DNA of 64,000 nucleotides, from contig NC_086385.1 in the NCBI RefSeq assembly GCF_036588685.1, positions 54,149,216 to 54,213,215 on the forward strand. The letters are read 5' to 3'. Positions within the stretch are counted from its first letter, which is position 1. Every line of letters starts with the position of its first letter. The DNA comes from Mytilus trossulus (taxonomy: Eukaryota). This document shows, piece after piece, positions 25,046 through 34,870 of this stretch. A program made the translations under genes and the position numbers. The notes under the pieces were generated by a model that made no database searches, had not been told where the DNA came from, and worked only from the letters and a program-made list of their open reading frames with translations.

Positions 25046-25383
25046 TTTTAAAAGAATCAAGTAGAAGCTTCCTTAAATTATTGGCGAACACTACACCTGA
25101 ACAATCTGCTCAAATCATAAAAAGCACGGACCACAGACAATTACAACTATTAGTAGAAATAGTATTCAACTGTCTAAAAAGCGTCATACCATTGTCTGAG
25201 AGGGTTAAAAGGAATCTTTCAACTTTTGCAAAGTTCATTCGTGCTGTGGTAGTTAATAATATAACACCTCAGTTGAGGAGAAAACGTTTACTGAAGATAA
25301 TTGTTATTATTCCAACATTGATATCATCTTTTTTCAAATACTATGACTCGGGAGTTAATACTATTACCCAAGGAGAAATATGA
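25042..25383 (+). CDS. Small conserved-type Maverick protein (113 aa)
   Basis: EIVFNCLKSVIPLS...RRKRLL plus a hydrophobic tail resembles the small basic protein usually found after the Polinton ATPase; ATGA overlap with the ATPase stop. Confidence 0.65.
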   Translation: MILKESSRSFLKLLANTTPEQSAQIIKSTDHRQLQLLVEIVFNCLKSVIPLSERVKRNLSTFAKFIRAVVVNNITPQLRRKRLLKIIVIIPTLISSFFKYYDSGVNTITQGEI

Positions 25384-25738
25384 AAGATTGATGAATATGT
25401 CCAACCAATGTGAAATTGTTAATGTGAAAGAAAAAGAAAAGGAATATGATGGTAAAGATAGTGACAGTATAAAAACAGAAATAAACCTAGAAGAAGATGT
25501 AACCAAACAACATGGTAGTGGTCAGGTTTTGCAAAAAACAGAATTGAAAAATTTAAAAGAAACTGTAGATCGATCAAAATCAGACAATCAAGAGGAAAAT
25601 AGGATGGATGTTGATGAATATGATGGTGCAGCAGAGGGTAAAGCTATCAAGATGTCTCCTGAAAAATTCTTAAGAAATGTGGAAAAATCGCAAAATCGCA
25701 AAAGATTAAAGAGTAAATGGTTATCATTTCATTTGTAA
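25343..25738 (+). CDS. Maverick hypothetical protein (131 aa), possibly a short PZ-like protein
   Basis: LILLPKEKYERL N-terminus, QHGSG motif, C-terminal KWLSF. Confidence 0.6.
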   Translation: MTRELILLPKEKYERLMNMSNQCEIVNVKEKEKEYDGKDSDSIKTEINLEEDVTKQHGSGQVLQKTELKNLKETVDRSKSDNQEENRMDVDEYDGAAEGKAIKMSPEKFLRNVEKSQNRKRLKSKWLSFHL

Positions 25739-25875
25739 TGAAGAAGTGGATTATTTAAAACTATTGGAGACTTCAATCAATCACTTGTATTTTTCTTTAA
25801 ATTTGTCTATATTTATATATGTATATAATATATTGTCTATTTGTATATTTACACTGTGTACCTTTAAATTTAATT

Positions 25876-25886
25876 AATAAAATAAA
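25876..25886 (+). terminator. Overlapping AATAAA poly(A) signals ending the structural gene block
   Basis: aataaaataaa about 140 nt after the last ORF of the block. Confidence 0.5.
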
Positions 25887-25940
25887 TATTTAGATAACAT
25901 ATGTTCGCCTATTAGTTCTAGTCCACGATCGCGTAGTATA

Positions 25941-25947
25941 TATAAAA
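25941..25947 (+). promoter_or_regulatory. Candidate TATA box of pPolB
   Basis: TATAAAA 38 nt upstream of the PolB ATG. Confidence 0.5.
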
Positions 25948-25978
25948 CGTTGAAAGTGCTATTGATATCACAATTGTC

Positions 25979-28900
25979 ATGGCTGATGATCATTTCTGCG
26001 AGGATTTATTGCGTCTTTATCCTGACAGTAACCCTCAATATCAACAGCAGTTGCGAGAGTTAAATGATCGATTGAGTGTTGATAATGACAACAGATCAAA
26101 TCTTACGGTTAAGGTCTATTCATGTTATTATTGTAAACTTCTGTTTGATCACCCTTCCAAACTGAAGAGACACCAGAGAAACAGTTGTACATTTCCATGT
26201 CGACAATGTGATAGACATTTTGATTCAGCGGAAAATTTGTTTAAACATAGCAACATCGATCATACAACTTATCAGACTGGTTCAGGAAACACTGATTCAA
26301 ATTCACATACTACAATCAAACATAAAAGTGTGGATAAGTCTGCTCTCTTGGGAATAGCACGAGCTCGTTTCATTTATCCGAATGAGGATAATGGGGAAAA
26401 GTATGATCTTCTAGCATTTTTATCTGGAATTAAGCATGAGGTAAAAACTCATTTACAAGAGATGTGTGTTGAACTCGGTCATATTAAGTGGTATATGAAT
26501 TGTCTTGTGCAAATGATCAAGCCGAATGGAGGTGAAGGTGGTAATGATTTAAAGAATAATGCACATTTTATCTCGAAGACATCGAATCTAGTTGATAGAG
26601 CAAATATAGATGATGAACATGATATTAATGTGACATATCAAAAAATATTCAAAAGTTTTGATGAGTATATACGAAATGGGAGCGGTTGGTCATTAGATCA
26701 TATTAAACACATTGAGATTAATACAGCTAAATATAAACCTTTAGGCGGTGGATCGTATATACCCCTACCAAGAACTCTTGCTGCAACCAGAGCGTTACTC
26801 AACATAAGAAACTTAGATGAAAAATGTTTTGTATATGCTATTATAGCATCCATACATCCTACGTGTTCAGGTGACCCTTCTAAAGTGCATCACTACATCC
26901 CATATGAACATGAATTGAACATGGAAGGTATACAATTGCCCGTTGCACCATCATTTGTGAGTAAATTTGAAAGGCAGAATAACATTTCAGTAATGGTGTT
27001 AGGATTTGAAGAGGGTGAATTTTTCCCCCTCCATGTAACAGGTCTAAGAGAAGCTCATCATGAAGTTGACTTATTGTATTTGAAAAGTGGGAATAAAAGT
27101 CACTGGTGTTTGATTACAGATCTCAATAGACTTTTATATCGAACAAAATGCTTGGGACGCAGTCATAAGTATTGCAGATTCTGTTTATCAGGTTTCACCA
27201 GTGAACATACTTTAGAGAAACATATAAAATACTGCTCAAAATTTGAAGCTCAACATGTGACATATCCCACCAAGGGGGTAGACGATATACTAACATTTCA
27301 AGATCACGCCAAACAGTTACAAACATCATTTGTTATTTATGCTGACATGGAAACATTTTGCGAACCTATGGTTACTGAAGAGCCAGAAGATAATCGAACC
27401 AGCACAACGAAATTAACAAAGTTGATACCATGCGGGTACGGTTATCAAGTTGTTTGCATCGATGACAGATACACTCAACCACCTAAAATATATAGAGGTG
27501 AAAATGTTAGTGAACACTTCCTTCATAGTCTTCTTGACGAAAATAAACGTATAAAGGCTATTTTGAACAATCCTGAACCCTTGTGCATGACTGTTGAAGA
27601 TGAGGAAGATTTTCAATCAAGTACACATTGCCACATTTGCATGGAAGAATTTACAGATTCCACTATCCGCGTTCGAGACCATGCACATGTTTCAGGTAAA
27701 TTTCGTGGCGCTTCATGCAGAGATTGCAATCTTAATTTTAAAGAACACACATTCGTGCCAGTTATATTTCATAACCTGAAACAGTTTGATGCACATTTAA
27801 TCTGTTCCTCGATAGGTATTTTCAAGAGTGAAGAAATTGGCTGCATAGCCACGAATGCAGAAAAGTACATCAGTTTCAACCTATCCAATCTGCGCTTTAT
27901 CGATTCATACCAGTTTTTGAATTGTTCACTAGAGGAATTGGTATCGTCAATGTCTAAGGAGAATCCGAAAGAAACATTTAAACATTTTACAAAAGAATTT
28001 GATGATGATAAGCGGATTGCTCTTTTGTTGAAAAAAGGAACATATCCTTACGAATACATTGACAATGCTGCAAGGTTCAATGAAACTGAATTACCCTCTA
28101 TAGACAAATTCTACAGCAATTTATCAGAGAAAACAATTAGTCAAACCGAGTATGAACATGCGCAACGGGTATGGAATCAAATGAATATTAAGAATATAGG
28201 CGAATATCACGATCTTTATCTAAAAACTGACGTTCTATTATTAGCTGATGTATTTGAAACTTTCAGGAAGAAGTGGATAACGAACTATTCCCTCGACCCT
28301 GCAAATTATTACACTCTTCCAGGGCTTTCCTGGCAATCTGCATTGAAAATGACTGGTGTGAGACTTGAGCTATTGACAGATCCTACAATGTGGCTCTTCT
28401 TTGAGCAGAGTATACGAGGAGGTTTAACAATGGTGAGCTGCAGACATGCAAAAGCAAACAATCCCTACTTGAGCAATTATGATCCAGCTTTACCAACTTC
28501 ATACTTGATGTATGTAGATGCGAACAATTTATACGGTTTAAGCATGAGCATGCCATTAGCTGTGGGGAAATTCCAGTGGTTGTCAGAAGAGGAAATAAAC
28601 GATTTCAATGTCTTAAATGTATCCAATAACGCTGACATCGGATATGTCATTGAATGCGATTTGGATTACCCAGATAACTTACACGATCTTCACAATGATT
28701 TTCCTCTTGCAGTTGAAAAAGGAGTGATAACAAATGAAATGCTTTCACCTCATTCACGTCATCTGTATGAGCAAGCAAATGATGATGGGAAAGAATACCA
28801 ACCGAGCACCAAATTGCTAGCTACTTTGAAAGATAAAAAGCATTACATCTTGCACTATGTGAATCTAAAGTTATACCTCAAACTAGGTTTGGTTTTGAAG

Positions 28901-29782
28901 AAGATTCACAATATAGTTTCATTTGAACAGCGTCCATGGTTGAAACAGTATATTGACTTCAATACCGAAATGAGGAAAAAGGCTACTAGCAATTTCGAGC
29001 AAAAACTTTTTAAAATTGGCAACAATGCTATTTTCGGTAAATCAATGGAATCGTTGCGGAAACATATCAACTTCTCTCTCTGTCATAGGTGGGATAAGTT
29101 TCAAAAACTTACTGCAAAATCATCATTTAAAAGCTTTAAGATATTCAACGACCACTTGTGCGGCGTGCTACAAACCAAAACAAAAATTTTCTTCAACAAA
29201 CCAATTTACCTAGGACAAATGATTCTCGATCTGTCAAAGGCGCACATGGTTGATTACTACTACAACCACATGAAAAAACTATACAAGGAGAATGTAACAT
29301 TATGTTACACAGATACTGACAGTTTCATTATGCATGTGAGAACTGATGACATATATAGAGACATGTCGTTAAACAGTGAGCTATATGACTTTTCAAATTA
29401 TCCAGCTGATCACCCTCTTTACACCAAAGACAGGAAATCGATTATTGGTTTATTCAAAGATGAATGCAAGTCCATTCAAATGGTGGAATATATCGGACTA
29501 AGAGCAAAAATGTATAGTTTTATCACCGCAGACGACAAGGAAACTGTAGTAGCAAAGGGTATTAAAACCCGAAATGTTAGATTCGAACAATATAAAAACA
29601 CCTTGTTCAATTGTTCTCCACTACTCTCGCATATGTACACTTTGAGAAGTTTCAACCATCAGATTCACATGGTGAAGGTTGTGAAAAGTGGACTATCACC
29701 ATATGATGACAAGAGACACTTGCTGGATGATAATGTGCATTCGCTAGCATATTTTCATAGAAAATTAAAAGAAAAACATTAA
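25979..29782 (+). CDS. Protein-primed family B DNA polymerase (1267 aa) with N-terminal zinc fingers, OTU-like protease region and EndoVII/HNH-like insertion
   Basis: Exo motifs IYADMET, FHNLKQFDAHLI, YLKTDVLLL; Pol motifs YVDANNLYG, KIGNNAIFGK, YTDTDS; CHIC...VRDHAH...GASCRDCN; DEKCF...SHWCLI. Confidence 0.97.
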   Translation: MADDHFCEDLLRLYPDSNPQYQQQLRELNDRLSVDNDNRSNLTVKVYSCYYCKLLFDHPSKLKRHQRNSCTFPCRQCDRHFDSAENLFKHSNIDHTTYQTGSGNTDSNSHTTIKHKSVDKSALLGIARARFIYPNEDNGEKYDLLAFLSGIKHEVKTHLQEMCVELGHIKWYMNCLVQMIKPNGGEGGNDLKNNAHFISKTSNLVDRANIDDEHDINVTYQKIFKSFDEYIRNGSGWSLDHIKHIEINTAKYKPLGGGSYIPLPRTLAATRALLNIRNLDEKCFVYAIIASIHPTCSGDPSKVHHYIPYEHELNMEGIQLPVAPSFVSKFERQNNISVMVLGFEEGEFFPLHVTGLREAHHEVDLLYLKSGNKSHWCLITDLNRLLYRTKCLGRSHKYCRFCLSGFTSEHTLEKHIKYCSKFEAQHVTYPTKGVDDILTFQDHAKQLQTSFVIYADMETFCEPMVTEEPEDNRTSTTKLTKLIPCGYGYQVVCIDDRYTQPPKIYRGENVSEHFLHSLLDENKRIKAILNNPEPLCMTVEDEEDFQSSTHCHICMEEFTDSTIRVRDHAHVSGKFRGASCRDCNLNFKEHTFVPVIFHNLKQFDAHLICSSIGIFKSEEIGCIATNAEKYISFNLSNLRFIDSYQFLNCSLEELVSSMSKENPKETFKHFTKEFDDDKRIALLLKKGTYPYEYIDNAARFNETELPSIDKFYSNLSEKTISQTEYEHAQRVWNQMNIKNIGEYHDLYLKTDVLLLADVFETFRKKWITNYSLDPANYYTLPGLSWQSALKMTGVRLELLTDPTMWLFFEQSIRGGLTMVSCRHAKANNPYLSNYDPALPTSYLMYVDANNLYGLSMSMPLAVGKFQWLSEEEINDFNVLNVSNNADIGYVIECDLDYPDNLHDLHNDFPLAVEKGVITNEMLSPHSRHLYEQANDDGKEYQPSTKLLATLKDKKHYILHYVNLKLYLKLGLVLKKIHNIVSFEQRPWLKQYIDFNTEMRKKATSNFEQKLFKIGNNAIFGKSMESLRKHINFSLCHRWDKFQKLTAKSSFKSFKIFNDHLCGVLQTKTKIFFNKPIYLGQMILDLSKAHMVDYYYNHMKKLYKENVTLCYTDTDSFIMHVRTDDIYRDMSLNSELYDFSNYPADHPLYTKDRKSIIGLFKDECKSIQMVEYIGLRAKMYSFITADDKETVVAKGIKTRNVRFEQYKNTLFNCSPLLSHMYTLRSFNHQIHMVKVVKSGLSPYDDKRHLLDDNVHSLAYFHRKLKEKH

Positions 29783-30038
29783 TACAATTGTAAATTGAAA
29801 AAAAAATCCATATCCGTAATAAATTCAAGAAAAAGAAAACACACTGTACAATAATTATATAATATTTTATTTCATGTAAATAAATATATGATTTTATAAT
29901 AAAATATATCAACATATTTAAGTTTTATCCGTTTGCTATCAACCTGGGGAAGTGAAATACATAGGGCAATGGGGAGTAGCATGGTAAAATGGCGACTTTA
30001 ACTTAAAAAACCCAATGAAAATACATAACTTTAAAACC

Positions 30039-31046
30039 CAAATGGACCTTCAAACAAACTTCAAACATAATGACAATAGGACAATGGGGAATAACACCTT
30101 CAAACATTAAGGCAATAGGACAATGGGGAATAACACCTTCAAACATAGGACAATGTGAAATAACACCTTCGAACATTAGAACAATGGGGAATAGCACCTT
30201 CAAACATTAGAACAATGGGGAATAACACCTTCAAACATTATGTCAATGGGGAATAACACCTTCAAATGGGGAATAACACCTTCAAACACACCAGTGAAAT
30301 ACATTGGACAATGGGGAATAACACCTTCAAACACGATGAAAATATTACAAATAAATTTTAGATTAAAATATAAGAGACATATTCTTTGGTAAATTAAACA
30401 CAATTATGAAAATGGGGAATTACACCTTCAAACGCACCAGTGAAATACATTGTGCAATGGGGAAAAAGACCTTCAAACACGATGAAAATATTACAAATAA
30501 ATTTCTTAAATTTTAGATTAAAATATATGAGACATATTCTTTCAAATGGACCTTCAAACAAACTTCAAACATAATGACAATAGGACAATGGGGAATAACA
30601 CCTTCAAACATTAAGGCAATAGGACAATGGGGAATAACACCTTCAAACATAGGACAATGTGAAATAACACCTTCGAACATTAGAACAATGGGGAATAGCA
30701 CCTTCAAACATTAGAACAATGGGGAATAACACCTTCAAACATTATGTCAATGGGGAATAACACCTTCAAATGGGGAATAACACCTTCAAACACACCAGTG
30801 AAATACATTGGACAATGGGGAATAACACCTTCAAACACGATGAAAATATTACAAATAAATTTTAGATTAAAATATAAGAGACATATTCTTTGGTAAATTA
30901 AACACAATTATGAAAATGGGGAATTACACCTTCAAACGCACCAGTGAAATACATTGTGCAATGGGGAAAAAGACCTTCAAACACGATGAAAATATTACAA
31001 ATAAATTTCTTAAATTTTAGATTAAAATATATGAGACATATTCTTT
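30039..31046. repeat. Two 504-bp direct repeats, each with ~10 copies of a ~25-bp core (acaatggggaataacaccttcaaac)
   Basis: 30039-30542 repeats as 30543-31046; identical ORF translations at a 504-bp offset. Confidence 0.93.
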
Positions 31047-31052
31047 GGTAAA

Positions 31053-31510
31053 TTAAACACGTGAAAATCGCATGTTTAATATTTTCCTTAAAATATCGGA
31101 AAAGTTCTCCCTATTGAACGAAAGTCCGAGTGAATTTAAAACAGACCCTGGGACGTTCTTTAAATGAATGAATATCTCTTCAGATGTGAAATGGCTGCAT
31201 TCCCTTATCATTTTATTTAATTGATATCTTTGATCAAAAATTTCCTCGGCAGCATTAAACACATCTTATTCGGCAAATCCAGGATTTAAAACAAATTGAA
31301 AGTCTGCATAATCCATAAAAATAATTAAAATTGGTGAGGGAATTTTACAAAAAAAATCTCTCATTTGAATATCACATTTTGTTGTTAATTTATTATAAAT
31401 ACATGCAACAGATAAAGTTCTTAATGAAGGTGGAGCTGACCGCTTTCGTTTTTCACTCAGTGTCTTTTTTTCTACTTCTTCTCCCATTGTCCTTTTTCTG
31501 TTCTGATTGG
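31053..31510 (-). CDS. Accessory ORF with BC-box/SOCS-box-like motif, interrupted by one in-frame TAA (31266-31268)
   Basis: ORFs 31266-31487 and 31053-31262 are in the same frame, separated only by TAA GAT; tttcttttag acceptor at 31511-31512; KRKRSAPPSLRTLSVACIY...IPSPILIIFMDY. Confidence 0.55.
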
Positions 31511-31634
31511 CTAAAAGAAATAAATAAGATACATAAACTCTAGTAAAATAGTTTTCACATCATAAATCTACAGATACATGCATGAAAACAAATGAACAAA
31601 GTGCGACACCTGTATTAAGAAATTGGATTTCATA

Positions 31635-32132
31635 ATGGAGATTTCTAAAATAAATGAAAAGGATGAATTGAGTAGTGCAAATGTGGAAGAATATTCACTT
31701 AAAATGACAGATGAGCATGATTACAATTTTATCAATATGGATACAGCTGAAATCAGTGACCAGTTTCCACAACTGCACAGGCTTGGTGCAAAGATGAAAA
31801 TTGTCGGATTGTTATTCTGTTCGATAACTCTAGCAGTTATATTAATAAATGGGCCATTAAACAGTGAAAATGATCCTCCATTCATATCTGATGATGTTAA
31901 ACGAAACAGTAGCGGAAACGATTTATTTTGTAATAAAATGGACACTTTTGCTTTATCTGAAGATATTTTTGTAAATACATGTATATTGAATAGTGAACTG
32001 TTTGTATTATTGAGAAATGATCCTCTTAGAAATGAGATCGCTTTAAATCAAAGGCAATGGTTTTATCTTAAAGCGAGTATTTCACATATTGATAAATCAA
32101 TCTTTGATTGGAAAAATGTTGCTAAGTTATGA
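31635..32132 (+). CDS. Membrane-anchored protein with C-terminal PC4-like domain
   Basis: Hydrophobic IVGLLFCSITLAVILI, then FALSEDIFVNTC...FVLLR...IALNQRQWFYLKASISHIDKSI resembling PC4/Sub1 ([20 protein letters not shown]). Confidence 0.65.
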   Translation: MEISKINEKDELSSANVEEYSLKMTDEHDYNFINMDTAEISDQFPQLHRLGAKMKIVGLLFCSITLAVILINGPLNSENDPPFISDDVKRNSSGNDLFCNKMDTFALSEDIFVNTCILNSELFVLLRNDPLRNEIALNQRQWFYLKASISHIDKSIFDWKNVAKL

Positions 32133-32210
32133 ATGATTTCTATCCTAACTATTGTATATAAGAACATATTAGAAACAGAATAAAAATTTGATCACTTACT
32201 GGTGTTATCT

Positions 32211-32443
32211 TCACTCGCCATCTTCAACTGCTTCAGAAAGTATGAATCCAGCTCCAGCTGTTTTCTTTTTTTTCTTTAGCCCCTTGAACGGGCCAGATTC
32301 TGCTGCAACAATCACCTTTCTGACGTCCGACTCTGACACTCCCGCCTCCTCATCGCTATCGCTGATAGCAATCACCTTTCTCTAAAATAAGAATATCATA
32401 ATATAGAAAATCATCTTAAAATTTTAAAGTTATTTCAATGTTT

Positions 32444-32474
<31 letters not shown>

Positions 32475-33632
32475 CTTTTTATGGTACATTTAATTGGATA
32501 ATTACTTTAAATTCATAAACTTGAAAATTATAACTACTTATTTTGATTTACATTGAAAAAAAAAAAACAAAAGTTGTTTTACCTTTCTTTTCAANNNNNN
32601 NNNNNNNNNNNNNNNNNNNNNNNNNNNNNNNNNNNNNNNNNNNNNNNNNNNNNNNNNNNNNNNNNNNNNNNNNNNNNNNNNNNNNNNNNNNNNNNNNNNN
32701 NNNNNNNNNNNNNNNNNNNNNNNNNNNNNNNNNNTCTTTTTCCTGCTAGGTTTTTGCAGCTAAAAAAATTAATATATAATAAAAACAATTGAACGTGTAA
32801 GAAATCATATAAATCAACGTTTGCTGTGGGAAAGAAATTCGTATTTATTAGCGGTTGAGAAATTTACCTAGAAACAAAAATGTTGAAATATCTGCAACTG
32901 AACGTTTATCAAAACATTTTTTACTTGCTATCAATAACTTTGAAAATTAATACTAACAGTGGTGAAATCAACCCAGAAACAAGTGAAATATCTGCAGCTG
33001 AACGCAAGCCGCTTGTAAATACTCTCTATCAATAACTTACTTTTAACTAAAACGTTTGTTGTATATTAAACCTATAAAGTATATATTTATGTTCAATTAT
33101 TTGCTGTTGAAGGATAATTAGAACGTTTATCATATAGTTTTTACTCGCTTTCAATAACTTTGAAAATTATGTGTACTTACTAGCAGTAGTGAAATTTACG
33201 AAAAAACATATAAGGTGAAACATCTGCAGCTGGTGCTTTTATTAAACACTCGCAATATCTTACTTTAAAATAATTTTGTAGATCGCTCCTATTTCTTAGA
33301 GAATAAAATATATATCACGCTCAACTATTTGCTGCTGAACGATAATAATTTAGCTATATGTTCATGTAAATATTTACTGCTAAATATTAGAAATCACTAA
33401 CCTGTTTTTTTATTTCTGCCTCAGCTTTTAAAAGAACTGGCTTCAGATTGCATAGCTCTTTAAACTCATCAGTCCCAAGAGTTATGCTTCTGCTACTTGT
33501 TAAACTGCCTATGTGGATATAAACATATCCCTTGTACGGTGTAACCGCAATGTTCTTCTTTCTTCCAAAATTCAACTCAGCCCGCTCTACTTCTCCACCA
33601 AATCCCCTCATGTACTCAACCTGGTTCATCAT
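32211..33632 (-). CDS. Spliced PC4-like ssDNA-binding protein with SIM and basic NLS (exons 33632-33402 and 32381-32211; 133 aa)
   Basis: FGRKKNIAVTPYKGYVYIHI...SITLGTDEFKEL; CAG|gttagt phase-0 donor joins the ttattttag| phase-0 acceptor giving RKVIAISDSDEE...KKKKK...GE*; the intron contains the N gap. Confidence 0.65.
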
Positions 33633-34019
33633 TTTTATCGCTTTATGATAGAATTGAGTGTACCGCGTTAATAAAGGAATAAAGCTTCCGTTTCATTAAA
33701 TTTGAATAATAGTTTCCAACACTTATTTACTCCTAAAGGCTCGCCAACCTTCCATTATCCATGTTGCACCATTTTATTAATTCATATGTAATTTCAGTGT
33801 AGATCTGTCCCGATCGCGATTTTTCATGTCAGATTGATCTCCAATATTGCGGCAGTATTTGGATAATACACCTTCTGTTTACATTAAATCGTAGTTCGTC
33901 AGTTTAAATATAAAGTGTTTATCACCTTTCAAATTTGAAAAGTGATCATTACTCAATAAATTTTGATTGTTTTTATTTAAGATCAATTATATATTATAGA
34001 TTTGTTCGAACCGGATTTT

Positions 34020-34870
34020 GATGGTTATTTTTTACATCTCATTACTATTTTTTCTCTCTATATATAATTTTTCCTTCATTAAAACAAAACCTATTTTCTT
34101 TTCTTTTCTTTGGATCATATTTTCAATGGTAAATCGAGTTGGATTTTGACGATTATTTTTACATCTCATTACTATCTCCTTTTTTTTCTCTCTCTCTCTC
34201 GCTCTAATTTTTTTCATCGTTAAAACACCTTTTTTCTTTTCTTTGGATCATAGTTTCAATGGTGAATCCTATCTCCTTTTTCTCTCTCTCTATTTTTTCC
34301 TTCGTTAGAACATAAGCGACTTTTTTCTTTTCTTTGGATCATCTTTTCTTTGGATCATATTTTCAATGGTGGATCATATCTCCTTTTTCTCTCTCTCTCT
34401 ATTTTTCCCCCTACATGCTACTTTTTTCTTTTCTTTTCTTTGGATCGTAGTTAATTGTTTTGCTCATGACTTTTTTGCAGCTAGCTAATTTTTCCCATGT
34501 GTAAATATTTCATTTGATAAGATTTGAGATTGAAGCTTGTGGATTACCATCTTTTATAATTAATAGTTGATAAAAATGTTTTAAGCAAAGTTTTTGTTTT
34601 GCAAATTTCTAGATATGCTCTTTTCTTTTCTTTGGATCATTGTAAATGGTGAATCTTGTTTTGTTCATGACTTTTTTTTCAGCTAGCTTCTTTTTTCCTG
34701 TGTAAATATTTCATTTTCTTGACAAGATTTGAGATTGAAGCTTGTGGTTTGACCTCTTTGAAGAGTTGTCTCATCAGCAATTAAACCATATTTCTTTTAT
34801 AATTAATAAATTTAAAGTAGATAAAAATTAATTAAGCAAAGTTTTTGTTTGCAAATTTCTAGATGATATA
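34020..34870. repeat. Degenerate direct repeats in the Maverick right arm
   Basis: Recurrent ttttctttggatcat...caatggt and (CT)n; duplicated ~180-250-bp block ending gcaaatttctagat. Confidence 0.6.

Noticed and set aside
30003-30907. ORFs with FEGVIPHCP repeats
   Set aside because: Short translations of the tandem repeat with no independent coding evidence.
30039-31046. CRISPR-like array (conserved ~25-bp repeat with variable linkers)
   Set aside because: Linkers vary from 0 to ~75 nt, are related to each other and recur in the 504-bp duplicate; no cas genes; eukaryotic context.
32543-32792. ORFs spanning the N run
   Set aside because: Assembly gap artefacts.
33640-33950. Additional minus-strand gene upstream of the PC4-like exon
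   Set aside because: The frame is interrupted by several stops and has no recognisable motif; it may be a remnant but cannot be supported.
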